A DNA stretch of 64,000 nucleotides from Alphaproteobacteria bacterium (lineage in GTDB: Bacteria > Pseudomonadota > Alphaproteobacteria > UBA828): positions 160,001 through 224,000 of the forward strand of contig CBDCQT010000013.1 of the NCBI GenBank assembly GCA_965220745.1. Direction: 5' to 3'. Position 1 is the first letter of the stretch. Each line of letters opens with the position of its first letter. The notes below the pieces were generated by a model. The model saw nothing but the letters and a program-made list of their open reading frames with translations, searched no databases and was not told the origin of the DNA. The position numbers were made by a program, and so were the translations under genes. Shown piece by piece: positions 9,520 through 20,843 of the stretch.

Positions 9520-10917
9520 ATGACCATGCGTATTTCCCGACGGGCGTTCAACGGTGGACTCGTGGGCCTCGCGGCGGCGGGCAGCACCGCATTCGGAGTG
9601 GAACCAGCTCGCGCGGATGTGCCGACGCTGGAGGCGAATACAGGGTTTGCCCAACTCGCGCCGCCCGAGTTACCGGCAACACCCATCTGGGGCTATGAGG
9701 GGCAAGTGCCGGGTCCAGTCGTCCGCGTTAGGCAGGGAGAGCGTGTCGAGCGGCGATTCGTCAACAGTCTGCCGCAGGCCTCGACCGTGCACTGGCATGG
9801 CATCAGGATCGATAATGCCATGGACGGGGTGCCGGATCTGACGCAGTCGGCGGTACCGCCCGGCGGCAGCTATCTATACGATTTCGTGGTGCCCGACGCC
9901 GGAACCTACTGGTATCACTCCCACAATCGGACCTGGGAGCAGCTGGCCCGCGGACTGTACGGAGCGCTCATCGTCGAGGAAGCCGACGGCGGGCCGGAGG
10001 TCGACCGCGACGAGCTCATGCTCATCGACGACTGGCGTCTCACTCAAGAGGCGCAGATCGATTCGAATTTCGGTGCCATGGGCGATCGCTCGCACGGGGG
10101 GCGTATCGGCAATTGGGTGACGATCAACGGTGCGGGCGAATGGCGCGTCGAGGTCGGGCGGCACGAGCGGCTCCGGCTGCGGCTGGCGAACGCTGCCAAC
10201 GCACGCATCCTGGTACTGGGGCTGCACGGGCTGGAGGGCTGGGTGGTCGCCCTGGACGGGCAGCCCCTGGCCGCGCCCGAGCCCCTCGAGCGGCTCCTGC
10301 TTGCGCCGGCGCAGCGCGCCGATCTAATCGTCGACGCGACCGCCGAAGAGGGATCGGATGCGTTCCTCGTCTCGCTTGAGCGCGACGGCGCCTACAGGAT
10401 CGCGAGCTTCCGTGTGGACGGCACGATGAGGCCCCGACCACACGCCGCACCGGCGCCACTGGAACCCAATCCGGTTGCGTCGCTGCGCGGTCTAGCCGAG
10501 GCACGGTCCGCTCGGCTTCTGATGCAGGGCGGTGCCATGGGCGGCATGCAGAGCGCAGTCATGGGCGGCCGCGAAACAGACATCCGCGACATGGTGGCCC
10601 TGGGAAAGGTCTGGGCCTTCAACGGTGTCGCAGACTTCGCCGCACACCCCTTGCTCGACCTTGCGATCGACGAAGTGGCCCGGATCGCCATCGTCAACCA
10701 AACCGCCTGGCCTCACGCGATGCATCTGCACGGTCACCATTTCCGGCGCGTCGGCGAGGATGGCACCCTCGGGCCGCTGCGCGACACTCTGCTTCTGGAT
10801 CGTCAGGAATCTGCCGAGATCGCGTTCGTGGCCGATAATCCCGGCAACTGGCTCCTTCATTGCCACATGCCGGAGCATTCAGCCGGCGGGATGGAAACCT
10901 GGATTCGCGTCGGCTGA
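9520..10917 (+). CDS. Tat-exported multicopper oxidase
   Basis: SRRAF signal and copper motifs HWHG, WYHSH, HAMHLHGH and HCHMPEHSAGGM. Start could be 9526. Confidence 0.92.
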   Translation: MTMRISRRAFNGGLVGLAAAGSTAFGVEPARADVPTLEANTGFAQLAPPELPATPIWGYEGQVPGPVVRVRQGERVERRFVNSLPQASTVHWHGIRIDNAMDGVPDLTQSAVPPGGSYLYDFVVPDAGTYWYHSHNRTWEQLARGLYGALIVEEADGGPEVDRDELMLIDDWRLTQEAQIDSNFGAMGDRSHGGRIGNWVTINGAGEWRVEVGRHERLRLRLANAANARILVLGLHGLEGWVVALDGQPLAAPEPLERLLLAPAQRADLIVDATAEEGSDAFLVSLERDGAYRIASFRVDGTMRPRPHAAPAPLEPNPVASLRGLAEARSARLLMQGGAMGGMQSAVMGGRETDIRDMVALGKVWAFNGVADFAAHPLLDLAIDEVARIAIVNQTAWPHAMHLHGHHFRRVGEDGTLGPLRDTLLLDRQESAEIAFVADNPGNWLLHCHMPEHSAGGMETWIRVG

Positions 10918-10959
10918 ATGGGCGCGGCCCTCGTCGCTGCCCTCCCCGTTGCGGCGGGG

Positions 10960-12912
10960 CTACGATCGAAGGGCGGGAAGGTCCTCGAAGAGCGCCAGCG
11001 CCTCCGGGTTCGCCAGCGCCTCGCGATTCTTGACCGCGCGGCCGTGAATCACGTCGCGGACCGCAAGCTCGGTGATCTTGCCCGAGCGGGTGCGGGGGAT
11101 GTCGGCGATCTGGATCACCTTGGCCGGCACGTGGCGGGGCGTGCATTCTCGGCGGATGCGTTTCCTGATCCGGTCGGCAAGCGCGTCGTTCAGCCCGATT
11201 CCTTCGCGCAATCGGACGAAGAGCACGATGCGCTGGTCGCCCTCCCAGTCCTGGCCGATGCAGATGGCCTCCAGCACCTCGTCGCACTGCTCGACCTGGC
11301 GATAGATCTCCGCCGTGCCGATGCGGACGCCGCCGGGGTTCAGCACCGCATCGGAACGGCCGTGGATGACCAGCCCGTCGTGTTCGGTGCGCGTCACCCA
11401 GTCGCCGTGGCACCAGACGCTGTCGAAGCGATCGAAGTAGGCGCCGTGGTACTTGGCGCCGTCCGGATCGTTCCAGAACGAGACCGGCATGGAGGGGAAG
11501 GGCCGCGTGCACACCAGCTCCCCCGGCTCGCCGCGCACGGGCTTGCCGACATCGTCGAACACGTCGACCGCCATGCCGAGGCCGAAGGCCTGCAGCTCGC
11601 CCCGCCGGACCGGGCCCATCGGATTGCCCAGCGCGAAGCAGGAGATGATGTCGGTGCCGCCCGAGATCGAGGCGAGGTGGAGGTCGTCCTTGACGGCGCG
11701 GTAGACGTACTCGAAGCCCTCCGGCGCGAGCGGCGAGCCGGTCGAGGTCATGGTGCGCAGCGCGCCGAGGTCGTGGGTGCGCTTCGGTTCAAGTCCCGCC
11801 TTAGCGGCGGCGTCCAAGTATTTGGCGGAAGTGCCGAAAAGGGTCATGGCCTCGGCGTCCACATAATCGAAGAGCACGTTGCCGTCGGGGTGGAAGGGGG
11901 AGCCGTCGTAGAGCAGCAGCGTCGCCTCCGAGGCCAGAGCGCTCACCAGCCAGTTCCACATCATCCAACCGCAGGTGGTGGCGTAGAACACCCGGTCGCC
12001 TCGCCCGATGTCGCTCTGCAAGGCGTGCTCCTTCATGTGCTGGAGCAGGGTGCCGCCGGTGCCGTGCACGATGCACTTGGGCGCGCCGGTGGTGCCGGAG
12101 GAGAACATGATCACCAGCGGGTGGTCGAACGGCACGCGCACGAAGTCGATCGGACCGCCCTCTTGCTCTCCAAGCGCTTCGCCATAGAGAGTGGCGCCCC
12201 TGATGCCGTCCAGGGACGGACTCTCCTCCGCGTAGGGCACCACGATCACGTGCTCCACGGTGGGAAGCTCCGCCAGGATTTCGCGCACCTGCGGCCGGCG
12301 GTCGAAGGTCTTGCCGCCGTAGAAGTAGCCGTCGGCGGCGATCAGCACGGTGGGTTCGACTTGGCCGAAGCGGTCGAGCACGCCGCGCGTGCCGAAATCC
12401 GACGAACACGAGGACCAGACGGCGCCGAGACTCGCCGCCGCCAGCGCCGAGACGATGGTCTCGGGCATGTTCGGCAGGTAGCCCGCGACCCGGTCGCCCT
12501 GGCGGACCCCGCGGGCTGCCAATGCCTGAGCCATGCGCGACACCTGGTCGCGCAGCGCGGAGAAGCTGAGGCGCCGCTTCACGCGGTCCTCGCCCCAGAA
12601 GACCAGCGCGTCCGCCTCATCTCGCCGGCGCAGCAGATTCTCGGCGTAGTTGAGCCTGGCGTCGGGGAACCAGCGGGCGCCCGGCATCTTGTCGCCATCG
12701 ACCACGATGCGCTCGCCCGGACCGTCGCCGATGATGCCGGAAAAATCCCACATCGAGCGCCAGAACTGCGCCGGCTCGGCGATCGACCAGGCGTGCAGCG
12801 CGGCATAGTCCGGGGCATCGATGCCCCATGTGGCGCGCACGTCCGCCATGAAGCGGCCCAGTCGGGCTCGTTCGAGGCGTTCGGCCGATGGCGTCCAGAG
12901 AGGCTCGGTCAT
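10960..12912 (-). CDS. Acetoacetate--CoA ligase
   Basis: AMP-binding motif [14 protein letters not shown] plus GWMMWNW, SISGGTD and [20 protein letters not shown]. Confidence 0.9.
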   Translation of the reverse strand: MTEPLWTPSAERLERARLGRFMADVRATWGIDAPDYAALHAWSIAEPAQFWRSMWDFSGIIGDGPGERIVVDGDKMPGARWFPDARLNYAENLLRRRDEADALVFWGEDRVKRRLSFSALRDQVSRMAQALAARGVRQGDRVAGYLPNMPETIVSALAAASLGAVWSSCSSDFGTRGVLDRFGQVEPTVLIAADGYFYGGKTFDRRPQVREILAELPTVEHVIVVPYAEESPSLDGIRGATLYGEALGEQEGGPIDFVRVPFDHPLVIMFSSGTTGAPKCIVHGTGGTLLQHMKEHALQSDIGRGDRVFYATTCGWMMWNWLVSALASEATLLLYDGSPFHPDGNVLFDYVDAEAMTLFGTSAKYLDAAAKAGLEPKRTHDLGALRTMTSTGSPLAPEGFEYVYRAVKDDLHLASISGGTDIISCFALGNPMGPVRRGELQAFGLGMAVDVFDDVGKPVRGEPGELVCTRPFPSMPVSFWNDPDGAKYHGAYFDRFDSVWCHGDWVTRTEHDGLVIHGRSDAVLNPGGVRIGTAEIYRQVEQCDEVLEAICIGQDWEGDQRIVLFVRLREGIGLNDALADRIRKRIRRECTPRHVPAKVIQIADIPRTRSGKITELAVRDVIHGRAVKNREALANPEALALFEDLPALRS

Positions 12913-13080
12913 GGCTCCTCCGCTTCTGTCGCGCCCTCATAGCAGGCTCCCGCGCCGAACGGGAGACCCGAAGGGCCGAGGTGTGAGCAAAGAGTTTCGG
13001 CGCAGGCATTTGCCAACTGTTCGAGTAAACTCGTCAGTGCTTCGTGCTCCAAATCGTCCGGCAAGACGAGAGAGGCGCCC

Positions 13081-13389
13081 ATGATTGCCGCCGTCGCCGA
13101 GCGCACCGCCGAGATTCAGCGGCTTTGCGGCCGGCATCGCGTGCAGAGGCTCGCACTGTTCGGCTCGGCAGCAAGCGGCGAGCACCGCGACGGCGCGAGC
13201 GACTACGACTTCGTGGTGGAGTTTCCACCAATGCCAGCCGGCGCTTACGCTGACGCCTATTTCGGTCTGTTGGAGGACCTGGAGCAGCTACTCGACGGCC
13301 CGGTGGAACTGGTCGTTGGTTCGGCCATCAGGAACCCGTTCTTTCGCCAATCAGTCGAGCGAACCAGTGCGCTTCTCTATGAAGCCTGA
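13081..13389 (+). CDS. Minimal nucleotidyltransferase (MNT) antitoxin
   Basis: 102 aa with FGS..SDYDF (GS-x-DxD) motif. Overlaps the HEPN gene. Confidence 0.85.
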   Translation: MIAAVAERTAEIQRLCGRHRVQRLALFGSAASGEHRDGASDYDFVVEFPPMPAGAYADAYFGLLEDLEQLLDGPVELVVGSAIRNPFFRQSVERTSALLYEA

Positions 13390-13735
13390 AGCCCAAAAGT
13401 ATCTGTTCGACATCTGGCGTGCCGTGGAGTTGCTGACCAACTTCACTGCGGGTAAGGCGTTCGCCGATTACGAGCACGACGCCATGTTGCGTTCAGCAGT
13501 CGAGCGCCAGTTTGAGATTGTCGGAGAGGCGACGGCACAGCTAGCCAAACTCGACCGTGGTCTCGCCGCTCGTATCGGCCAATACCGTCGCATCGTGGCC
13601 TTCCGCAATATCCTCATCCACGGCTATGCAGATGTAGACGACCGCCTGGTGTGGGATGTGGTCGAGACCAAGCTCCCGGCCTTGCGCCGCGATGTCGAGA
13701 GGCTGTTGAGGGAGGCGGGGATGGAGCCTTCCTGA
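13379..13735 (+). CDS. HEPN/DUF86 ribonuclease toxin (HepT-like)
   Basis: AVERQFEIVGEA and RNILIHGY (RxxxxH-x-Y). Confidence 0.88.
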   Translation: MKPEAQKYLFDIWRAVELLTNFTAGKAFADYEHDAMLRSAVERQFEIVGEATAQLAKLDRGLAARIGQYRRIVAFRNILIHGYADVDDRLVWDVVETKLPALRRDVERLLREAGMEPS

Positions 13736-13802
13736 TCGCGGGTTCGCGAGCCCGCATGCGGCGCGCCATCCACGCCGATTGACATTCCGGCGATATTCCC
13801 TA

Positions 13803-13831
13803 TTGAAAGCGGACCGAATTCGTCCTATATG
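13803..13831 (+). promoter_or_regulatory. Sigma70-type promoter of the suf operon with a putative Rrf2 operator
   Basis: TTGAAA-N17-TATATG. The spacer holds the dyad GGAC-N7-GTCC (13811-13825). Confidence 0.55.
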
Positions 13832-13886
13832 CCCGTCACGCACGCTCGGCGAGAGCGCGGGCGAGGCGATTGCGAGGGGGTACAGC

Positions 13887-14351
13887 ATGATCCGCGTCAG
13901 CCGCATGGCCGACTATGGTGTCGTGGCCATGACCCACATCGCGCGCGCACCGCGCGCCCGGCACACGGCGGCGAGCATCGCGGCGCAGACCGGCGTGCCC
14001 CAGCCGAGCGCGAGCAAGCTCCTGAAATTGCTGGCGAAGGCCGGCATTCTGACCTCCCATCGGGGGGCCAAGGGCGGCTACGCGCTCGCACATGCGCCCG
14101 AGCAGGTCTCGGTGGCTGACCTGGTTGCCGCCGTGGACGGACCGATCTCGCTCGCCGATTGCCTCGACGGCCCGTCTGGCATCTGCGAGCTGGAGAGCTT
14201 CTGCTCGGTGCGCGGCCCCTGGCAGAAGATCAGCGACGCGATCCGCGTGGCGCTGGAGGAGGTGACGTTGGCCGACATGGCCCAGGCGGCGGAAGGCGCA
14301 GGCGATTGGCGCGCGCCGGCTGAGACCGCAGGCCGGGAGCACGCGTCATGA
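13887..14351 (+). CDS. Rrf2-family SUF Fe-S cluster assembly regulator (IscR-like)
   Basis: wHTH with RGAKGGY and three cysteines in [15 protein letters not shown]. Heads the suf operon. Confidence 0.88.
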   Translation: MIRVSRMADYGVVAMTHIARAPRARHTAASIAAQTGVPQPSASKLLKLLAKAGILTSHRGAKGGYALAHAPEQVSVADLVAAVDGPISLADCLDGPSGICELESFCSVRGPWQKISDAIRVALEEVTLADMAQAAEGAGDWRAPAETAGREHAS

Positions 14352-15811
14352 GCGCCCAGCACGAGGCCGCGCAGGCGGTCGAGTCCTACGCCGGCGAGCG
14401 CTACAAGTACGGCTTCGTCACCGATGTCGAGGCCGACTCCGCGCCGCCCGGCCTGGACCACGACACGATCCGCTTCATCTCCGCCAAGAAGGGCGAGCCC
14501 GAGTGGCTATTAGCATGGCGTCTCAAGGCCTTCGAGCGCTGGCTTGAGATGGAAGACGAGGAACCGGCCTGGGCCAAGCTGCACTATCCGCCCATCGATT
14601 ATCAGGACGCCTGCTACTACTCCGCGCCCAAGTCGGATTCGGACCGGCCCAAGAGCCTGGACGAGGTCGACCCGGAGCTGCTGAAGACCTACGAGAAGCT
14701 CGGCATCCCGCTCCAGGAGCAGGAGATGCTGGCCGGCGTCGCGGTGGACGCGGTGTTCGACAGCGTCTCGGTCGCCACCACGTTCAAGGACAAGCTCGCC
14801 GAGATGGGGGTCATCTTCTGCTCGATCTCGGAGGCGGTGAAGGAGCACCCTGAGCTGGTGCAGCGTTACCTGGGCTCCGTGGTGCCCTATTCGGACAACT
14901 TCTTCGCGACGTTGAATTCGGCGGTCTTCACCGACGGCTCCTTCGTCTACGTGCCGAAGGGCGTGCGCTGCCCGATGGAGCTCTCCACCTACTTCCGTAT
15001 CAACGCGGCCAACACCGGGCAGTTCGAGCGCACGCTGATCGTCGCCGACGAGGGCTCCTACGTGAGCTATCTCGAAGGCTGCACGGCGCCCATGCGGGAC
15101 GAGAACCAGCTTCACGCGGCCGTGGTCGAGCTGATCGCGCTCGACGACGCCGAGATCAAGTATTCCACGGTGCAGAACTGGTATCCCGGCGATGCCGAGG
15201 GCAGGGGCGGAATCTACAACTTCGTCACCAAGCGCGGCGCCTGCCGCGGGGCCAACGCCAAGATCTCGTGGACCCAGGTGGAGACGGGGTCCGCGATCAC
15301 CTGGAAGTACCCGAGCTGCATCCTGCAGGGCGACAATTCGGTGGGCGAGTTCTACTCCATCGCCATCACCAACAACCGCCAGCAGGCCGATACCGGCACC
15401 AAGATGATCCACATGGGCCGCAATACGAAGAGCCGGATCGTCTCCAAGGGCATCGCCGCCGGGCGCTCGGACAGCACCTATCGCGGGCTGGTGCGCATCC
15501 AGCCCAAGGCCGAGGGCGCGCGCAATCACACCCAGTGCGATTCGCTCCTGATCGGCGCGGAATGCGGCGCCCACACGGTGCCCTACATCGAATCCCGCAA
15601 CCCCACGGCGCGGGTTGAGCACGAGGCGACGACCTCGAAGATCAGCGAAGACCAGCTCTTCTACTGCCGCCAGCGCGGCATCGACGAGGAGGACGCGGTG
15701 GCGCTGATCGTGAACGGCTTCTGCCGCGAGGTGTTGCAGGAGTTGCCAATGGAGTTCGCAGTCGAGGCGCAGAAGCTCGTGGCAATCAGCCTCGAAGGCA
15801 GTGTCGGCTAG
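14348..15811 (+). CDS. sufB: Fe-S cluster assembly protein SufB
   Basis: [22 protein letters not shown] and TWKYPSC motifs. Confidence 0.96.
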   Translation: MSAQHEAAQAVESYAGERYKYGFVTDVEADSAPPGLDHDTIRFISAKKGEPEWLLAWRLKAFERWLEMEDEEPAWAKLHYPPIDYQDACYYSAPKSDSDRPKSLDEVDPELLKTYEKLGIPLQEQEMLAGVAVDAVFDSVSVATTFKDKLAEMGVIFCSISEAVKEHPELVQRYLGSVVPYSDNFFATLNSAVFTDGSFVYVPKGVRCPMELSTYFRINAANTGQFERTLIVADEGSYVSYLEGCTAPMRDENQLHAAVVELIALDDAEIKYSTVQNWYPGDAEGRGGIYNFVTKRGACRGANAKISWTQVETGSAITWKYPSCILQGDNSVGEFYSIAITNNRQQADTGTKMIHMGRNTKSRIVSKGIAAGRSDSTYRGLVRIQPKAEGARNHTQCDSLLIGAECGAHTVPYIESRNPTARVEHEATTSKISEDQLFYCRQRGIDEEDAVALIVNGFCREVLQELPMEFAVEAQKLVAISLEGSVG

Positions 15812-15832
15812 GACGGACAGCACGGGACAGCC

Positions 15833-16603
<771 letters not shown>

Positions 16604-16619
16604 GCGGGGACAACCGGCC

Positions 16620-17939
16620 ATGCCCGCTGCGCGAACCATTCCGTTCGACTATCCGGTGCCGGGCCCGGCGGCGGCGCTTCCGGGCGCCGGCCTGCCGTGG
16701 CTCGATGCGCTGCGCAACGAGGGCCGGCGGCTCAGCGCGAATGGGCTGCCAAGCACCCGCACGGAGGCGTGGAAGTACACCAACCTCGCGCCGCTCGCCG
16801 AACTCGACTTTCCGCCGCCAGCGCTGGGGGCCGAGGCCCAGCCTGCCGATTTTCGGCCCGGCGCTTTCGACGGGTTGGATGGGCCAACTGTGGCCTTCGT
16901 CAACGGCAGCCTGTCGCCGGAACACTCACGGCTCGATGGCCTGCCCGACGGGCTGCGCGTGCGCGGGCTGGCGCAGGGTCTGGCCGACGACCCGGCCGGG
17001 ATCGAAGCGCTGGTCGGCGGCGCCGAGTCCCTCAATGGCGATCTCTTGGCTGCTTTCAACGCGGCCTTCGCAACTGACGGCTGCATCGTCGAGACCGCGC
17101 CGGGCACGAGGGTGGAAGAGCTTGTCCGGCTGCGCTTCGTCGCCGCGCCCGGCAGCGAGCCTCTCGCCTACCATCCGCGCGTCATCGTGCGTTTGGGCGC
17201 GGGCAGCAGCCTCACCCTGATCGAGTGCCATGAAGGGCCGGCGGGTGGGCCAACATGGTCAAACCCGCTCGTGGACATCCGGGTGGGCGAGGGCGCCCGG
17301 CTCAGCCACATCAAACTGCAGGTCGAGGGCGAAGGTGCCTATCACACCGCGCTGGCCAAGGCGGTGCTGGCTGGGGAGGCCCGCTACGAGAGCCATCTGC
17401 TGGCGCTCGGCGCCCGCCTCGCGCGCCACGAAATCCATGTCCAGCTCGCAGGCGAGGGCGCGGATTGCCAGCTGCGCGGCGGCTACATGGCGCGCGGCAG
17501 CCAGCATATCGACAACACCACGGTGATCGACCACGCCGTGCCTCATTGCGAGAGCCGCGAGGTCTACAAGGGCGTGCTCGACGATACGGCGCGCGGGGTC
17601 TTCCAGGGCAAGATCATCGTGCGCCAGGATGCCCAAAAAACCGACGGCCACCAGCTCAACCGCACGCTGCTGCTCTCACGCAAGGCCGAGATCGACACCA
17701 AGCCCGAGCTCGAAATCTACGCCGATGACGTGAAATGCAGCCACGGCGCGACCGCCGGCGAGCCCGAGGCCGACCAGCTCTTCTATCTGCGCTCGCGCGG
17801 CCTCGATCACAGAACCGCGCTTGCGCTGATCGTCGAAGGCTTCATGGGCGAGCTGCTGGAGGAGACTGGCCACGAGCCGGTGCACGCGGCTTTGGCTGCG
17901 CGTGTCGCGGATTGGATCGAGGGAGGTGAGGGATCGTGA
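16620..17939 (+). CDS. sufD: Fe-S cluster assembly protein SufD
   Basis: EAWKYT and KPELEIYADDVKCSHGAT. Confidence 0.94.
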   Translation: MPAARTIPFDYPVPGPAAALPGAGLPWLDALRNEGRRLSANGLPSTRTEAWKYTNLAPLAELDFPPPALGAEAQPADFRPGAFDGLDGPTVAFVNGSLSPEHSRLDGLPDGLRVRGLAQGLADDPAGIEALVGGAESLNGDLLAAFNAAFATDGCIVETAPGTRVEELVRLRFVAAPGSEPLAYHPRVIVRLGAGSSLTLIECHEGPAGGPTWSNPLVDIRVGEGARLSHIKLQVEGEGAYHTALAKAVLAGEARYESHLLALGARLARHEIHVQLAGEGADCQLRGGYMARGSQHIDNTTVIDHAVPHCESREVYKGVLDDTARGVFQGKIIVRQDAQKTDGHQLNRTLLLSRKAEIDTKPELEIYADDVKCSHGATAGEPEADQLFYLRSRGLDHRTALALIVEGFMGELLEETGHEPVHAALAARVADWIEGGEGS

Positions 17940-19204
17940 ACACCGCTTCCGCTCAGCCCGTCGATCGATCCACGGCCACTTTGGCGCCGTTCGACGTGGA
18001 GCGGGTGCGCGCAGATTTCCCGATCCTCTCGCGCACCGTTCACGGCAAGCCGCTGACGTTTCTCGACAGCGGCGCGAGCGCCCAAAAGCCGCGCCAGGTG
18101 ATCGATGCGCTATCGCACTGCTACGAGGCCGAATACGCCAACATCCATCGCGGCGTCTACGAGCTGAGCGCCAAAGCGACGGAGGCCTACGAAGGTGCCC
18201 GCGCCAGGGTGCAGCGTTTCGTCAATGCCCGCTCGGCGAACGAGATCGTCTTCACCAAGGGCACGACCGAGGCGATCAACCTGGTCGCCACGAGCTGGGG
18301 TGGGGCGTTCCTCAGCGAGGGCGACGAGGTCGTGCTCTCGGTGCTAGAGCACCACGCCAACATCGTGCCGTGGCAATTGCTGCGCCAGCACACGGGCATC
18401 GTGCTCAAGGTGGTGCCGACAGACGAGCGTGGCGCCTTTCCGCTCGACGCCTACGAGGCGCTGGTCGGGCCACGCACCAAGCTGGTCGCGATCACCCACG
18501 TCTCAAACGTGCTGGGCACCGTGGTCCCCGTCGCCGAGGTCGTGCGCATCGCCCACGCCAACGGCGCCAAGGTGCTGATCGACGGCGCCCAGGGGATCGT
18601 CCACCAACCCGTGGACGTGCAGGCGCTGGACGTCGATTTCTACTGTTTCTCGGCCCACAAGCTCTACGGGCCGAGCGGCATCGGCGTGCTCTACGGCAAG
18701 GAGGCGCTGCTCGCCGCCATGCCGCCCTATCAGGGCGGCGGCGACATGATCGAGCGCGTCACCTTCGAGCGCACGGCCTTCGCCCCGCCGCCGGCGCGGT
18801 TCGAGGCCGGCACGCCGCCCATCGCAGGCACCGTCGGCCTTCATGCCGCAATCGACTATGTCGCGTCATTCGATCCGGCGGCCGTCGTCGCCCACGAGCA
18901 CGACCTGCTCGCCTACGCGACCGAGCGGCTCGGCGCGCTGAACAGCGTCCGCCTCTACGGCACCGCTCCGGGGAAGGCCGCCATCGTCTCCTTCACCATG
19001 GACGACGTGCATCCCCACGACATCGGCACCATTCTCGACCGCGCGGGCGTCGCGGTGCGGGTCGGCCATCACTGCGCGCAGCCGTTGATGGACCACTTCG
19101 ACATCGCCGGTACCGTGCGGGCCTCCTTCGGCCTCTACAACACGCGGGACGATATCGACCGACTGATTGACGGGCTCGACGAGGTGCGGGAGATTTTTGG
19201 CTGA
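17936..19204 (+). CDS. sufS: Cysteine desulfurase SufS
   Basis: PLP lysine in SAHKLYGP and catalytic RVGHHCAQP. Confidence 0.95.
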   Translation: MNTASAQPVDRSTATLAPFDVERVRADFPILSRTVHGKPLTFLDSGASAQKPRQVIDALSHCYEAEYANIHRGVYELSAKATEAYEGARARVQRFVNARSANEIVFTKGTTEAINLVATSWGGAFLSEGDEVVLSVLEHHANIVPWQLLRQHTGIVLKVVPTDERGAFPLDAYEALVGPRTKLVAITHVSNVLGTVVPVAEVVRIAHANGAKVLIDGAQGIVHQPVDVQALDVDFYCFSAHKLYGPSGIGVLYGKEALLAAMPPYQGGGDMIERVTFERTAFAPPPARFEAGTPPIAGTVGLHAAIDYVASFDPAAVVAHEHDLLAYATERLGALNSVRLYGTAPGKAAIVSFTMDDVHPHDIGTILDRAGVAVRVGHHCAQPLMDHFDIAGTVRASFGLYNTRDDIDRLIDGLDEVREIFG

Positions 19205-19665
19205 TGTCCGAGCTGCGCGAGCTTTATCAGGAGGTGATCCTCGATCACGGCAAGTCGCCGCGCAATTTCGGCAAGCCGCCGGCGGTGACCGGCGAATCCC
19301 ACGGCCACAACCCGCTCTGCGGCGACACGATCACAATCTACGTCGATGTGGCCAACGACGTGGTCACCGACATCGGCTTCGAGGGCAGGGGCTGCGCCAT
19401 CTCCATGGCGTCGGCCTCGATGATGACCGAGATGCTGCGCGGCAAGTCCCTTGACGAGGTGGAGGCAATGTTCGCCGAGTTCCACGCTCTGGTGGCGTCG
19501 ACCGAGCCAGCCTGCGAGGCGGGCTTCGAAACGCCGGATCTGGACAAGCTGATCGTGCTCGCCGGCGTGCGGGAGTTCCCGATGCGGGTCAAGTGTGCGA
19601 CGCTTCCCTGGCACACGATGAAGGCGGCGCTCGACGGCGAGAGCGAGGAGATCACGACGGAATGA
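19204..19665 (+). CDS. sufU: SUF system NifU-family protein SufU
   Basis: LYQEVILDH, NPLCGD, GCAIS and RVKCA. Confidence 0.92.
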   Translation: MSELRELYQEVILDHGKSPRNFGKPPAVTGESHGHNPLCGDTITIYVDVANDVVTDIGFEGRGCAISMASASMMTEMLRGKSLDEVEAMFAEFHALVASTEPACEAGFETPDLDKLIVLAGVREFPMRVKCATLPWHTMKAALDGESEEITTE

Positions 19666-20213
19666 TGAACCTGTTCCGCAAGAAGCGCCCGCCCGAGGCG
19701 GAGCCCGAGCCGGCCGCTCCTCCGGAGGCGGTCGAGACATCCCCAGCGCCGACTCCTTCGCCGGCAGCCGCGCCTCAGAGCTACGAGGCCTGGTCGCCGG
19801 ACGGGCCGCCCGGCGCCGTCGGTGCTGGCGGGCTTGCGCCGCAGCTGGTCGAGGCTGCGCCCGAGGCGGCCGAGACCCTGCCGACACCGCCGGGCTTGAG
19901 CCCCGATCACCCGCTTGCAGGCCAGATCGCGCGGGCCTTGAGCTCCGTCTACGACCCGGAAATCCCGGTGGACATCTACCAGCTCGGCCTTGTCTACGAC
20001 GTGGCCTTGAACGAGGCCAATGACGCCCGCATATCGATGACGTTGACGACGCCCGGCTGCCCTGTGGCCGGCAGCATGCCCAGCATGGTCGAGCACGCGG
20101 TTGCGACCATGGTGGAAGGGATTGGCGACGTGGAGGTCGATCTGGTGTGGGATCCGCCCTGGTCTCCGGACATGATGTCGGAGGCCGCCCAGCTCGAACT
20201 CGGCTTTATGTAA
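19662..20213 (+). CDS. sufT: SufT/DUF59 Fe-S maturation protein with an N-terminal Pro/Ala-rich extension
   Basis: DPEIPVDIYQLGL, TTPGCPVA and WDPPWS. Confidence 0.85.
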   Translation: MMNLFRKKRPPEAEPEPAAPPEAVETSPAPTPSPAAAPQSYEAWSPDGPPGAVGAGGLAPQLVEAAPEAAETLPTPPGLSPDHPLAGQIARALSSVYDPEIPVDIYQLGLVYDVALNEANDARISMTLTTPGCPVAGSMPSMVEHAVATMVEGIGDVEVDLVWDPPWSPDMMSEAAQLELGFM

Positions 20214-20237
20214 CCGCCATCGGACGCGGAATTTGTG

Positions 20238-20582
20238 ATGAAGGACATTCTCTCCATTAGCGAGCGCGCGGCAGAGCGCATCAACCACCTGATGTCGCTT
20301 CGGCCGGACGATGCCGAGCCCGCCGTCGGCATCAAGATCGGAGTCAGGAACGCCGGCTGCTCCGGCATGTCCTACACCATGGACTATGCGGAGGAGGTGC
20401 CGCCCGCCGCCGAGGTGATCACGCAGCGGGGTGTGACGGTGGTGGTGGACCCGGCCGCGGTAATGTTTCTGATCGGCACCGAGCTCGACTTCAGCGAGGA
20501 CAAGCTCAGCGCCACCTTCGTCTTCAACAACCCCAACGTCACCAGCACTTGCGGCTGCGGCGAGAGCTTTGCCGTCAACTGA
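20238..20582 (+). CDS. sufA: A-type Fe-S carrier (SufA/IscA/HesB family)
   Basis: AGCSGMSY and CGCGESF. Confidence 0.88.
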   Translation: MKDILSISERAAERINHLMSLRPDDAEPAVGIKIGVRNAGCSGMSYTMDYAEEVPPAAEVITQRGVTVVVDPAAVMFLIGTELDFSEDKLSATFVFNNPNVTSTCGCGESFAVN

Positions 20583-20633
20583 GGCCGGGCCGGCAGCAAG
20601 AACAAGAAATTACAAAACGAACCCAATTTCGCG

Positions 20634-20646
20634 CAACTTATTGATT
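20634..20646 (-). promoter_or_regulatory. Putative IHF binding site
   Basis: Minus strand reads AATCAATAAGTTG, an exact match to WATCAANNNNTTR, inside an AT-rich patch. Confidence 0.5.
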
Positions 20647-20696
20647 TAGAACCAACTTATCGCGTTCTGCAGGCCCTCACGTCGGGCCAGCGGTGC

Positions 20697-20773
20697 TGGT
20701 CGGGGTGGCCGGATTTGAACCGGCGACCCTCTGCTCCCAAAGCAGATGCGCTACCTGGCTGCGCCACACCCCG
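20697..20773 (-). tRNA. tRNA-Pro(TGG)
   Basis: Cloverleaf CGGGGTG...CACCCCG-ACCA with anticodon arm TCTGC-TTTGGGA-GCAGA and GGTTCAAATCC T-arm. Confidence 0.96.
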
Positions 20774-20843
20774 GACCGGTTGGGATTCCTGCGCGAGTCA
20801 TAAGAGCCTCGCGACCAGGCCGCAAGCGCGCCGTCCGATAACC

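Noticed and set aside
10918-12942. 674-aa ORF opposite the acetoacetate-CoA ligase
   Set aside because: Mirror-frame artefact.
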